A stretch of DNA of 64,000 nt, from NCBI RefSeq assembly GCF_009914755.1, contig NC_060933.1; one strand, 5' to 3'. The DNA is from the human T2T-CHM13v2.0 reference genome, Homo sapiens. Of this stretch, positions 1-20,831 are shown one piece after another. How positions within the stretch are numbered: the first letter of the stretch is position 1; every line of letters starts with the position of its first letter. The notes beneath the pieces were generated by a model, which was not told the origin of the DNA, searched no databases, and saw nothing but the letters and a program-made list of their open reading frames with translations. Position numbers and translations under genes: made by a program.

Positions 1-12
1 GAAAAAAAAAAA

Positions 13-830
<818 letters not shown>

Positions 831-839
831 GGAAAAAAA

Positions 840-1605
840 AATTTAATCTATAAAACAAGAATCAAATGGAAAAATCCAGAGCTAAGAAAGACAATATGTG
901 AAATATGAAACTTAATAAAAGGTTAAATAGCAGATTAAACACATCAGAAGATATGGTTAGTGAAATGGAAAAGAAGTCAACAGAAAACAGCCTAACTTAA
1001 ACCTAGAGAGGAAAAAATGATGAAAAATACAGAAAAGAATATAACAGACACACGTGGCACTGTGAACGGGTCTACAAACATGTAACTGAGTCCTAGAAGT
1101 GGAGCAGAGAAAGAACAGAAGGGAAACAATACTCAGAGACATAATAACCATATTTCAAAATAGATGAAAGACATAAACCCATAGATTCAAGAAACTCTGT
1201 GAACCTCAAGCAGGATAAATAAAGAAAACTGCACCTGAATATAACATAGTAAAACTGCAAAGAATCAAAGAAAGTGAGAAAATCTTAAAAACACACAGAG
1301 GAAAGAAACATTTCCTTAAGTGGATATAATATGTGACTAATAAATCTAACAGACAATTTCTCAACAGAAATGAGAGAAGATAATGAAATTAAATCTTCAA
1401 AGTGCTGAAAAAAAATTATCAAACTCAAGTTGGAGATGTGCAATATACTGTCAGTAAGAGTTAAAAAAGAAATAAGAAAATACATTCAACTGAAAGAAAA
1501 TATAAAATATAAAATATTATAGAAGAAGCAGGATTGGAAAAAATACAAAATATCAAAATATGTAGAATAAAATTAAAGTAATGCTTAAAGAGAATTTTAC
1601 AGCTT
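840..1605 (+). mobile_element. Old L1M fragment (ORF1/ORF2 remnants), continuing at ~8780-9460
   Basis: A-rich decayed L1 motifs such as 'cccatagattcaagaaactc' and 'aattagactacattaaaattaagg'. Confidence 0.65.
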
Positions 1606-1609
1606 TGGA

Positions 1610-2250
<641 letters not shown>

Positions 2251-2259
2251 AAGTCAGTT

Positions 2260-2391
2260 GGCCAGGCGAGGAGGCACGCCTGTAATCCCAGCACTTTGGG
2301 AGGCCAAGGTGCGCAGATCACGAGGTCAGGAGACCAAGACCATTCTGGTTAACACGGTGAAACCCTGTCTCTACTAAAAATACAAAAAATT
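2260..2391 (+). mobile_element. Alu left arm, interrupted by the L1 insertion
   Basis: ggccaggcg...ctactaaaaatacaaaaaatt followed directly by L1. Confidence 0.9.
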
Positions 2392-2838
2392 GGAGGAGCC
2401 AAGATGGCCGAATAGGAACAGCTCCGGCCTACAGCTCCCAGGGTAAGCGACGCAGAAGACGGGTGATTTCTGCATTTCCATCTGAGGTACCGGGTTCATC
2501 TCACTAGGGAGCACGCAGTGGGCGCAGGACAGTGGGTGCAGCGCACCGTGCGCGAGCCGAAGCAGGGCAAGGCATTGCCTCACTCGGGAAGCGCAAGGGG
2601 TCAGGGAGTTCCCTTTCCTAGTCAAAGAAAGGAGTGACAGATGGCACCTGGAAAATTGGGTCACTTCCACCCCAATACTGCGCTTTTCCGACGGGCTTAA
2701 AAAACGGTGCACCAGGAGATTATATCCCGCACATGGCTTGGAGGGTCCTACACCCACGGAGTCTCGCTGATTGCTAGCACAGCAGTCTGAGATCAAACTG
2801 CAAGGCAGCAGCGAGGCTGGGGGAGGGGTACCCGCCAT
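2374..2838 (-). CDS. L1 ORF0, C-terminally extended to 154 aa (expression unknown)
   Basis: gcaATGG Kozak context at 2838; MAGTPPPASLLPCSLISDCCASNQRDSVGVGPS... matches primate L1 ORF0; frame stays open to a stop in the flanking Alu. Confidence 0.6.
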   Translation of the reverse strand: MAGTPPPASLLPCSLISDCCASNQRDSVGVGPSKPCAGYNLLVHRFLSPSEKRSIGVEVTQFSRCHLSLLSLTRKGNSLTPCASRVRQCLALLRLAHGALHPLSCAHCVLPSEMNPVPQMEMQKSPVFCVAYPGSCRPELFLFGHLGSSNFLYF

Positions 2839-3420
2839 TGCCCAGGCTTGCTTAGGTAAACAAAGCAGCCAGAAAGCTCGAACTGGGTCGAGCCTACCAC
2901 GGCTCAAGGAGACCTGCCTGCCTCTGTAGGCTCCACCTCTGGGGGCAGGGCACAGACAAAGAAAAAGACAGCAGTAACCTCTGCAGACTTAAATGTCCCT
3001 GTCTGACAGCTTTGAAGACAGCAGTGGTTCTCCCAGCACGCAGCTTGAGATCTGAGAACGGGCAGACTGCCTCCTCAAGTGGGTCCCTGACCCCGACCCC
3101 TGAGCAGCCTAACTGGGAGGCACCCCCCAAGTAGGGGCAGACTGACACCTCACATGGCCAGGTACTCCTCTGAGACAAAACTTCCAGGGGAACATCAGAC
3201 AGCAGCATTCACGGTTCACGAAAATCCGCTGTTCTGCAGCCACCACTGCTGGTACCCAGGCAAACAGGGTCTGGAGTGGACCTCTAGCAAACTCCAACAG
3301 ACCTGCAGCTGAGGGTCCTGTCTGTTAGAAGGAAAACTAACAAACAGAAACAGCATCCACACCAAAAACCCATCTGTACATCCCCATCATCAAAGACCAA
3401 AAGTAGATAAAACCACAAAG
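2392..3420. promoter_or_regulatory. L1 5'UTR carrying sense and antisense promoters; YY1 site AAGATGGCC at 2401-2409
   Basis: CpG-rich, complete L1PA 5'UTR with the intact YY1 motif. Confidence 0.8.
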
Positions 3421-4435
3421 ATGGGGAAAAAACAGAGCAGAAAAACTGGAAACTCTAAAAAGCAGAGCGCCTCTCCTCCGCCAAAGGAATGCAGCTCCTC
3501 ACCAGCAACGGAACAAAGCTGGACGGAGAATGACTTTGACGAGTTGAGAGAAGAAGGCTTCAGACGATCAAACTACTCCAAGCTACAGGAGGAAATTCAA
3601 ACCAAAGGCAAAGAAGTTGAAAACTTTGAAAAAAATTTAGACTAATGTATAACTAGGATAACCAATACAGAGAAGTGCTTAAAGGAGCTGATGGAGCTGA
3701 AAGCCAAGGCTCAAGAACTACGTGAAGAATGCAGAAGCCTCAGGAGCCAATGCGATCAACTGGAAGAAAGGGTATCAGTGATGAAAGATGAAATGAATGA
3801 AATGAAGCGAGAAGGGAAGTTTAGAGAAAAAAGAATAAAAAGAAACAAACAAAGCCTCCAAGAAATATGGGACTATGTGAAAAGACCAAATCTACGTCTG
3901 ATTGGTGTACCTGAAAGTGACAGGGAGAATGGAACCAAGTTGGAAAACACTCTGCGGATATTATCCAGGAGAACTTCCCCAATCTAGCAAGGCAGGCCAA
4001 CATTCAGATTCAGGAAATACAGAGAATGCCACAAAGATATTCCTCGAGAAGAGCAACTCCAGGACACATAATTGTCAGATTCACCAAAGTTGAAATGAAG
4101 GAAGAAATGTTAAGGGCAGCCAGATAGAAAGGTCGGGTTACCACAAAGGGAAGCCCATCAGACTAACAGCGGATGTCTTGGCAGAAACTCTACAAGCCAG
4201 AAGAGAGTGGGGGCCAATATTCAACATTCTTAAAGAAAAGAATTTTCAACCCAGAATTTCATATCCAGCCAAACTAAGCTTGATAAGTGAAGGAGAAATA
4301 AAATACTTCACAGACAAGCAAATGCTGAGAGATTTTGTCATCACCAGGCCTGCCCTACAAGAGCTCCTGAAGGAAGCACTAAACATGGAAAGGAACAACC
4401 GGTACTAGCCACTGCAAAATCATGCCAAATTGCAA
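3421..4435 (+). pseudogene. Disrupted L1 ORF1p
   Basis: MGKKQSRKTGNSK... start; premature TAA at 3643-3645; frameshifts and stops split it into track ORFs starting at 3421, 3691 and 4178. Confidence 0.93.
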
Positions 4436-4483
4436 AGACCATCGAGGCTAGGAAGAAACTGCATCAACTAACGAGCAAAATAA

Positions 4484-8320
<3,837 letters not shown>

Positions 8321-8375
8321 ACAATGAGAACACATGGACACAGGAAGGGGAACATCACACTTTGGGGACTGTTGT

Positions 8376-8397
8376 GGGGCGGGGGGAGGGGGGAGGG
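8376..8397 (+). other. G-quadruplex motif in the L1 3'UTR
   Basis: GGGGCGGGGGGAGGGGGGAGGG. Confidence 0.7.
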
Positions 8398-8509
8398 ATA
8401 GCTTTAGGAGATATACCGAATGCTAAAAGACGAGTTAATGGGTGCAGCACACCAGCATGGCACATGTATACATATGTAACTAACCTGAACATTGTGCACA
8501 TGTACCCTA

Positions 8510-8788
<279 letters not shown>

Positions 8789-10063
8789 CTAAGCAAATTA
8801 AATTCAAAATAGGAAGAAGGAAATAAGAATCAGAATCAATGTAAGAGAAAAAATTAGAAAAAATCAGTATTTCATTTACTACAATATATCGAGGCCTATT
8901 AAAATGCCATAATAATGAAGTCAGAAGTATCAGCATAATAGACAAACAGACCAAAGGAACAGAATGAGACTCAAATATATTTGAACATCAGATTTATGAT
9001 AAAAGTGACACTGCAGTGTGGCAGGGAAAAGATGGTCTTTTTAGTAAATGGTGCTAGGTCTACTGGAAATCCAGAAAGAAAATCTGACCCATACTTCACA
9101 CTAAAATAAATCCCAAAGATATCATAGATCTAAATATGAAAGGTAAGGTAAGCAATGATTTCTCAAAATAGGACACAAAAAAGCTAATACCAGAAAGGAA
9201 AAAAATTATAAATTAGACTACATTAAAATTAAGGACTTCTGTTCACTGGAATCTCAGTATCTGGAACAGGGGCGTCTGGCATAGCGTAGATACTAATAAA
9301 TATTTTAACAGATGTTTAAAGAAAAGGAGAAAAAGAGACAGAAGATATCAGAAGAGAGTAAAAGGCAAGACAAGAGTAGGAGAAGATAGTTCAACACATA
9401 AATCTGACAAAGGACTTTCATGTAGAATATATTCAGAACTCTTACAGATCAATAAGAAAATACTGGAAATGCTTGGTCATAGAGTGTGCACATATGGAGC
9501 TGTACTAGATAATGCCTGACACTTTTCTAAAGTAAATCTATCAATTTCTATTTCTACATAGTATGAAATATTCAGTTCTTGTACTAGTTGCCAGGATATG
9601 CTATTATCAGTTTCTTGGTCTCTTTTGTTTTTAGTCATCTAGTTCGGTGATATCTCATTTGGTTTTAATTTATATTTTTCTGATTAGAAAAATTTTCTTT
9701 GAATTAAAAAAAAGTGAGAAAAATACCGAGCCTTAAGATAGTATAACTATACAAACCATAAATGTTTCAAAATATTTCCATTTAGTATATTCATACTATA
9801 ATTTCAAAAACGTTGTAGACATTTGCAAAATAATGGTCATAAAAGCCAAAAATGGAGAAATACCAGAAAAATTTAACAATAACAAAAGTGATTGATAGAT
9901 GCTAGGATAGGATCCAAAATTAAACTTGTATAAAAAACACATCTAGAAAAATGTATTCACTGGTGTAATTTCCAGTAAATTTCATTTCTAGTACATTAAA
10001 TCTCATCATCATGGTGCTACTCTGTCATGAAAAAACATTTGAAATTCACTTTTGACAAATTTA

Positions 10064-10748
<685 letters not shown>

Positions 10749-11151
10749 AGAAATTTTGGAAACTTTAGAATGTTGTAAAAAATAAAATAAAAATCCCCTA
10801 TAATTTGGTTATTTGGAGATAAAACTTAGATAGTTGTAACATTTCTTCCTCGTCTTTTTCCTGTGTGCATACATATAGACATTCTAACATATATGAAATA
10901 ATTCTGCTTCCTGGCTCCATGGCAAGTTTATTTTCATTTACTGTATCACGAGTATCTTTCTATGTTATTAAAAATTCTTTCTAAGCTATTTAAATATCTG
11001 TAATATATTCCATATATGCACACAGCATAATTTAATCAGCAATTTCCTCACAAGAGGATGTTAGGATATTTATAAGAAAATAATTCTGTGATCATCAATA
11101 GCACTATTTTTCACAGTGAATTTTAAGCATAACTCCTTCACAATTCTTTAC

Positions 11152-11304
11152 CTGATTATTACAATTACCAATAATGAGTGCGTCAGCCAGAGACAACTGT
11201 CCCACAATCATGCCCTGTTCCAGCAATGGGGCTCCTGTTTCAGCAAGGCGATTCGATGTGATAACAATGGTATTATCATCATTTAATACCATTACAGGAT
11301 CCGC
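11152..11304 (-). CDS. SCAI: SCAI coding exon (probably exon 9), 153 nt, phase 0-0
   Basis: ttctttag|GCG GAT CCT...AAT AAT CAG|gtaaag; ADPVMVLNDDNTIVITSNRLAETGAPLLEQGMIVGQLSLADALIIGNCNNQ (overlaps track ORF 11104..11292); separated from the previous exon by a 155-nt intron. Confidence 0.96.
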
Positions 11305-11459
11305 CTAAAGAAAAAAGCAATAAGAACTTAACGAATGGCCAAGACTAAATATCAATAGAGTAAGCTATTCCTTCTTCTTGACATATACACACAATAAAAA
11401 CATAAACTACACGGTCATTTATTTATCAATAATTATGATTTTTCTTATCAAAAACTGAC

Positions 11460-11558
11460 CTCAATGAAAGCTGCTACTTCTTGAAGCACCAAGTTCCATT
11501 CCACTTGATCTTCAGTATTAAATCGGTGAGTATAATCTTCAATTTCATCTGACAATTC
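11460..11558 (-). CDS. SCAI: SCAI coding exon (probably exon 8), 99 nt, phase 0-0
   Basis: aaaatcag|GAA TTG TCA...ATT GAG|gtcagt; ELSDEIEDYTHRFNTEDQVEWNLVLQEVAAFIE. Confidence 0.96.
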
Positions 11559-11870
11559 CTGATTTTAAAAACATCACAAAAAAGGTTATTAAAAAACCCA
11601 TAAAAACACACAGCCATATAGAACCATATTCCTGACAGAAACCGACATACTTACAAAATTTGATTATTAGCAATACACAGTCCTGATTATAACAAAAAAC
11701 AAAGATGAAAACTAATAAATTTTCTTCAAAAGTACAAACTTCAGAATAACACCCATCAAATAAAGTCTTTACAGAGATCTACTTCCTATCAGTACTACAT
11801 GAGCAATGAATTCATTAATGAAAGAATCAGAAAAGAGAAATTCAAAAATTTTAACAATAAAAAAAAATGA

Positions 11871-12450
<580 letters not shown>

Positions 12451-13025
12451 ACCCCACAAAACCCAAAAAACCAACTGGCATGTTATACTTGATACAAAAT
12501 TAAGTATGCCATTGAAACTATTGAATACAGAATGCAATCAGAATTTAATATGCAATGATTACAGGTATTAAGTGGGTCTGAAGACAGTTAACTCTTAATC
12601 ACCTCAGTTAATGAAGGAGAGACTTTATGCAGACACTCTAAAGTGGTGGGAAAATGAAAATCATTTGCAAGGCCTTTGTAAAGCATTATGTACTTTTTCT
12701 TCACATAACATTTCAATTATTTTCTCTTAAACTAAGAATTTTTGTTTGTTTGCATTCCCAGCCATCCACTGATGGGCTTTGAAATGTAAAACATGCAGAA
12801 AGGACAAAAGCAAGGAATCAAGATAATTATCTCAGATTAGTGTATTTGTAACATGAAAAGAGTTGGAAAATTTTTTTATCATTACCCTTGTCAGAAGTTA
12901 CTATACTTTGAATATTGTAATTATTGATATATCAAAATTATTTTAACCTAAAATCTGTTTTTTAAAAATAAGATCATCCATATACAACTAGAGATTAGAA
13001 TTTGAACTATTTAAAGTGTATTTAC

Positions 13026-13122
13026 CTTTACCAGATCCTTTACAACATCCATTTTGTTGAGAAGAAGACAAACTACTATAAATCTTGCATAATATCGTAA
13101 CTTCTTAACTACCAATTCAGGT
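13026..13122 (-). CDS. SCAI: SCAI coding exon (probably exon 7), 97 nt, phase 2-0
   Basis: ttccatag|A CCT GAA TTG...CTG GTA AAG|gtaaat; PELVVKKLRYYARFIVVCLLLNKMDVVKDLVK. Confidence 0.95.
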
Positions 13123-13624
13123 CTATGGAAGATAAATGAAAAATTACTCATTAGATTAAAAAAGAATGCTTTTTGATTTTTTTAATTTTCTGATAGCTTT
13201 TAAAACTCTTTCCCTCCTTTTCTGCACAATTATAAACATTCCCACATATAAGCATATAGTCTTTTTAAAATATTTCTTACTGATTTATTAAGCTGTTTAC
13301 TCATATATTCATTCATTTAACAAGTATTTATTGAGAACTTAGATGCATCAGATACTGTTAATTGCTAAAAGCACAGTTGTAAAAAACTAGAGATATTCCC
13401 TTCTTCAAAGATCTTACAGACAGAAAAGAACTTAAAATATACAGGAGAGAGATAAATGCTTACAACACAACGGAATAATATAATGATAGGAGAAATAAAG
13501 AATGCTATTTGTGCCCACAGGACTAGATCTTGGGTGAGAAAAGGCTTCCTAAAGAAAGTAATAAATGTTTAAGTTAAGAATACAACGAAGCGTGGAAGAC
13601 TACAGGCAGGAAAATATGATCTCT

Positions 13625-15780
13625 GTGCCTTTTACTTGATGTTTTTAGACCAATTACATTTAATGTCATTATTGCTTTGGCTAGGTTTATATCTACCACC
13701 TTGCTATTTGTTTCCTACTTGCTCCTTCTCTTGCTATGTTCCTCTGTTGTTCCTGTTGTGCTTTCTCTTCGGTTAATCAAATATTTTTTAGTGTTCCATT
13801 TTATATCATCTATTGGCTTCCTAGTTATACTACTTCTTTGTTATTGTTCTTTAAGTGATTGCTAGGAGTAACAACGTGCATCCTTTAACTTATCAAATGC
13901 CCTTACAATATATTTTATCTGTTCACACATAACACTTTACACTTACCAATCATCAATTCAAACCTGACATTTCCTCCTGCTTTCCATATCCTACATCACA
14001 AATAATAGCCTTACAACAGTGTATTTTTTGTGTGTATGTTCAACATTTTCCATAATAAAATTTTTAAAAAATTCTTTCGACCCATGAGTTACTTAGAAAT
14101 GTGTCTATTGATTGACAAACTTATTGACTTTTTTTTTGTTTAAGAGATGGAGTCTTGTTATGTTGCCCAACTGGACTTGAACTCCTGGGTTCAAGGAATC
14201 CTCTTGCCTCAGCCTTCTGAGTAGCTGGCCTGCAAATGCAGCTACTGATTTTTTTAAATTATGTTTTATTTTTGTTTTTAATGAAATCGTACCATGGTTA
14301 GACAACACACACTTTATTGAACCTTGTATTAAACTTGTGTTGTGGCAAGTATCAGTTAATTTCACAGATTTTCATATAAGTTTGAAAATAACATATATAC
14401 TGTTGCACACAATTTTAGGTACACTGGAACAAACTTGTTACTCAAATCTTATAATTTCTTGTCTTGATATATAAATTATTAGATATCATATATCAAAAAT
14501 TCCCATGTACATCAGATCATTAATTTCCCCACTTTAAAAAAACACTTTGCTTTATCATAATGCTACGTTATTAGGTATATATAAGTTTATGATTTTTATA
14601 TTTTCCTGAATTGTTCCTTTCATCAGAGTAAACCTCTATTCTCAATAATACTTTCTACCTTTAAATATACACACAGTATACACATAAGAAATGCGTATAC
14701 ACGTACACATTTCTTCCCCATAGTAGCTGTCTCATTATCTTTCTCTGTCTACCTTACATCTTTGAAGGGTTTATTTATTTAAAAGAGACAGTCTTGCCCT
14801 ATTTCCCAGGCTGAAGTGCAGTGGCACCATCATAAATCACTGCAGCCTCAAACTCCTGGGCTCAAGCAATCCTCTCACCTCAGCTTCCTGAGTAACTAGG
14901 ATTGCAGGTGTGTGCCACCATGCCTGGGTAATTTTTTTATTTTTATTTTTTGTAGAAATCGGGTCTTGCTACGTTTCCCAGGCTGGTCTTGAACTCCTGG
15001 CCGCAAGCAATCTTCCCATCTTAGCCACCCAAAGTGTTGGGATAACAGGTGTGAGTCACCGCTCTTGGCCTCGAAGAGTCTCTTAAAAACAGTATATTAT
15101 TGGGTTTTTCTAAGAGGCATACTGATAATCTTTGTCTTTAACAGGGAAGTTTAGATCATTTTTACTTACCATGATTCGGATTTGTTTCTATTTTATTATT
15201 TTGTGCTAATTATACTTTTTGGAGTTTATTTTCCCTTCCTGCCTTTCATTGTAATGATCATCATTTTGTTACTCACTTTCCCCCTCTACCTCTTCTGAAG
15301 TTACACATTCTAATTATAGTTTTCTGAAAATATTAACAAGTAAACTTTACTCTATGTTTCTTCTGAAGAATAAATGGATATCAGAATGGTTTAATTCTTT
15401 ATCCCCTTTCTTCTTTCATATTATTGTTATCTAGATTTGGCTCCATTTTATTTTAATAATGTCAATCAGCCATTGTTATGATGATTACTGCCCCATCAAA
15501 TCGATGTTTTAGAATACAAGGGGATAATTTTTTCTTACCAATCCTTCTTGTATATCATACCTTCCCCTTCTAGTTTCAATTTTCTTCTTCCTTGCTCTTT
15601 TATGTCACCCAAACCAATTGCCCCACCCTCCAAGGTCACCACAGCCATGGGAAAATGAACTAGGGACTTCCTTACTTTCTTGACAACTAAGTTTTCCATT
15701 TAAAAGGATGATTGTCCTATTTTATCCAGCATTTCTAGGTGTTTAGTATTTCAGGTTATCTAGCCTATCATATTGTCGAA
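13625..15780 (-). mobile_element. Old L1M fragments (antisense) with an Alu fragment (~14130-14225) and AluJ (~14770-15070)
   Basis: T-rich decayed L1 motifs, e.g. 'tttttagaccaattacatttaatgtcattattg'. Confidence 0.6.
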
Positions 15781-15904
15781 AGTGGAATTCAAAACAAAGA
15801 AAATTAGTAGAAGGATGATGTCAATTCAAACTTGAAATATGAATGACTTAATTCTGTTACTTTTTTGATTAAAAAATAGGTTCTATGAATCTGTATCATG
15901 GATT

Positions 15905-16118
15905 ATACAACCAGCAAACCTTCTACAAAGGGCCAGATGGTAAATATTTTAAGCTTTGCAGGCCACATTTGGTGCCTGTAGCATATTCATCTTTTCCCTT
16001 TTTACAACCCTTTGAAAATGTAAAAAAAAAAAAAGAAAAATTCTAAACTGCCACACAGTACAAAAACAGGCCATGGGCCCAATCTGGCATGCAAACAGGC
16101 CATAGTTAGCTGATCCTT
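15905..16118 (+). mobile_element. MER58-type hAT-Charlie element
   Basis: 'aagggccagatggtaaatattttaagctttgcaggccaca...ggccatagtt'. Confidence 0.75.
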
Positions 16119-16362
16119 ATATTCAATAAGCATACAGAAGTGGGTGGGTGCTTTCTATTTTGGAAGCCACTGTGATGAACTGCAGCAAAGCACAGATTAA
16201 ATGCGTCAGTGCTGTCCACTCATACATAAGAGGCCACCTCAATCAAGCCCGATAACCTGAACCACAACCCCTAGCCTACCAACTGACTCCATATCAAACT
16301 GCAGAAAAAAGAGTGTGACTCACTGCAAGGGTCCACATCAAGCCCTCTTTATCATCAGTGCC

Positions 16363-16927
<565 letters not shown>

Positions 16928-18434
16928 ATTTTTTTTAAGCTCTTAACAAACTTCTGGACTCCAGAATTCTAGCCTTGTCCAACCTGCTAGGCTCCCTACT
17001 TACAAGACACTGACTCTTTAACTATACATTTGCCTAGGAAACTCTGTTCTTCCAGGTGGCTCACCGTAACATCTCCACAAAACCTCTTGGGTATTCAGAA
17101 TCTTCACCTTCTCCATATCCAACCAGGTTCAGCTTTGGCCATTTGCAACAGAATTGGGGTGTGCAGCTCCTAGGAGGAGTGGCTGTATGTAATATCTCCT
17201 CTCCTAGGTAGGATGGACCCATGGAATGAGATGTTCTGGGAGTGGTCTATGCTTAGTGACAGACACTAACCTTGAGGTTGCTGGAACAAACTACTTATTC
17301 CTCCTGGTCTCGACATAATCCTTAGCTGTCAAGACAGTGCAGAGAGAACTTGTTCCTTTTGAGGAGTGAAGATTTTTGCCTTTTAAATGAACTGTGAAAT
17401 TGTGGAATACTTCCTTATTGGTTTTCTCTCCTGGCTCTTGATTTTAGCAGCTGTTGCTGATTGCAATCTTGACTAGCACTCTTACCCTGTGTAAACTAAG
17501 AAACAACCTACAAACTGAACAAAGCCCCTCCTAACTACACACAGCAAGGTCAAGGTTTTGCACACCAGATTGTCCTTTGATTCTAATTTACTGGCACAAA
17601 GCAAGAGTTTTTGTCATCCTGATTCCAAATAATCCTACTTCTAAATAATATGCTCTGATCTAGAAAACTGCAAAGGAAAACAATTCAAATTTGATGTTTG
17701 TTATTAAGGCATAAAATTATGGCAATAAATCAAACTGTTGGGTATTAAGGTTAAAGCCAATTTCCCTTTTGTCAAATTAGAAAATGCAGAAAAGTAAATT
17801 ATACAAGGTGTTTTGCTATTACTTAAAATAGTTCTCTGCTTATATGTATTTTTAATGCCGATAAAATGTTATACAGCTCTTTCGCATTTTTTAAGATATA
17901 ATTTATCTCGCCAAGAATTTTTTTAAAAATTAGAGTTGGAGGAAATATATCTGTAGTGAAAATATGTGAAGCAAACTATAGGACAACCTAAGGGAAAAGT
18001 AACTGATGGAACTTCTGATGTAAGGGGATGACAAAAAGATATGAAAAATGTACACTCCAGCATCTGCACCCCTTACATGTGCCATGCAAACGCCCCTAGA
18101 CAAGTCTGAACAAGACATGCAAGGAAATTAAGGAGATTTACAAGAGTGGGGCTTTCCCCAAAATGTCACTGTTTAGTTGGAAAGCTTACAACAGTCAACC
18201 ACAAAGTGTTCTTGAGAAAAACATGTCAAAACTGTTTTCTTCTATTGCTAAGAGAATATAATCTTTTCACCATATAAAAACTGTGAGTTGTGTTGCTGGG
18301 GTAGAGAGAATATTCAGACCTTCTGTGCCTGAACTTTCTCATCCAACAGTTCCCAGAATACTAACAAGAAAGATTCTCCAGAAGATCTCTGATTTCTTCC
18401 ACAATTCCATACTCATCTGGAAGTAATCAAATCA

Positions 18435-18831
<397 letters not shown>

Positions 18832-19164
18832 TTAAGATTACACAGGCTAAAGAATAAATGTTATTAGCTAAGCCTTGTTTTGGAGTCATTTCTTTTCTAT
18901 TAAATCTGTGTGAAGCCAATCTCTTGTAAAACAATAACCCAACCCTCCTTTGGCATTGTGACATCTGTTAAACATCTTTGATATTTATTGCTTAGGTAAC
19001 ATAAACTTCTCTATGCTTTCGAAGGTCTATTACATAGCAGGCACTCAATAAAGCCTGGTAAACGAGTACACGTTATAAAAATGTATGCTTTTCCACACAA
19101 GTTCTACGAAGATTAAGACTGAATGTTTTATCCTCATCTTTCTAAAAACATAGCAGATACATAC

Positions 19165-19263
19165 CTGTCCTCTTTATTGACTTGAGAATAATATGATCTC
19201 TGTCTGATTGCAGAATAGAAGGAAAAAGCCTCATTCAGATAGCTGGTTTCCGATGTGCGTAAG
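19165..19263 (-). CDS. SCAI: SCAI coding exon (probably exon 6), 99 nt, phase 2-2
   Basis: ttctcatag|C TTA CGC ACA...GAG GAC AG|gtatgt; LRTSETSYLNEAFSFYSAIRQRSYYSQVNKED(R). Confidence 0.96.
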
Positions 19264-19690
19264 CTATGAGAAAAAATATATTTTTAAATATGACAGTGTC
19301 AGAGACTCTTCACCATGGTAAATACTTGTTCTATATACCGCTGTATTCCTCTGTGGCACGGGGTGCGGGGGTGGGAATGACTGTCCTAAATTTGAATCGG
19401 CAAGACAATAATCATATCACCCTTAAAATGTATAAAAAATAATAATGAAATTTTTTTAAAAACCTCCTCGCTGCATCCAAGCCTTTTTTGATGCCAACCC
19501 ATATTACACATTATCCTCATTCTTTGAAGGGACTCTCCAAACAGCATTCCATCCAGTGAAATCCTCTCCCAGGACTAGGCCACTTCCTCAAATCCATACA
19601 GTCCTTTGGCCCATTTCTTTAATTTCTGTCCTCACAGAACTGAGGAATGCACTAATCCATACGAATCTTCAGGGGATGTTAATGAATTAT

Positions 19691-20166
<476 letters not shown>

Positions 20167-20744
20167 ATTTTATTGCCTTTTAGATTACAAATGGTCCAAG
20201 CCTTTTTTATTGTATACCTGATTATCACTTCAGGATGATGACATTTAGATTCCTAAAAGGACCCTTCTTGTTTTCTGAACTCAGGGATGGGACTATATAG
20301 ATGTTAGTGCTCTAAGGATATAATAAAAAATATCTTTCAAACATATCCTGCAAGTATGAGTTTTTTAAAGTATCCTTCTGAAAACCATTCATTCACATAT
20401 ACAAGTTATAATACAATGCTACACATTATTAAGACAAGTGAAGCTGCAAGAACAATAAATCCTTTAGTATTAATCGTTTATCTAAAACCAAGATCAAATT
20501 TTTAAGTTATAAATGAGTCTGACCAAATGAAGTGTTTGGGAGGCAAGCCTTTAAAACAAATAGTACTTTGACTATGGAAGGTTATTGCACAACATTGTCT
20601 TGATCAATCTGGTCCGAACTACTAGAGTTTCATTTGTAACTCGTGATTTTCATGCCTAGCAATGAGTATACTATGTATGTATACTTCTGCATGCTGTGTT
20701 TTAATCAGACAACACTTTACTCTTTCCATGTGTAATTTACTTAC

Positions 20745-20831
20745 TAATAATGATAGTATAGCTGCCCAATCTTGGAAGCAATTTCTCCTATTTGCCAGCG
20801 CTTCAAGCCATACCGATTATCCAAGACTTGT
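20745..20831 (-). CDS. SCAI: SCAI coding exon (probably exon 5), 87 nt, phase 2-2
   Basis: aaaacag|A CAA GTC TTG...CAT TAT TA|gtaagt; QVLDNRYGLKRWQIGEIASKIGQLYYHY(Y). Confidence 0.95.

Noticed and set aside
11104-11292. Stand-alone 62-aa ORF
   Set aside because: It is an internal SCAI exon read through into the intron past the donor at 11151.
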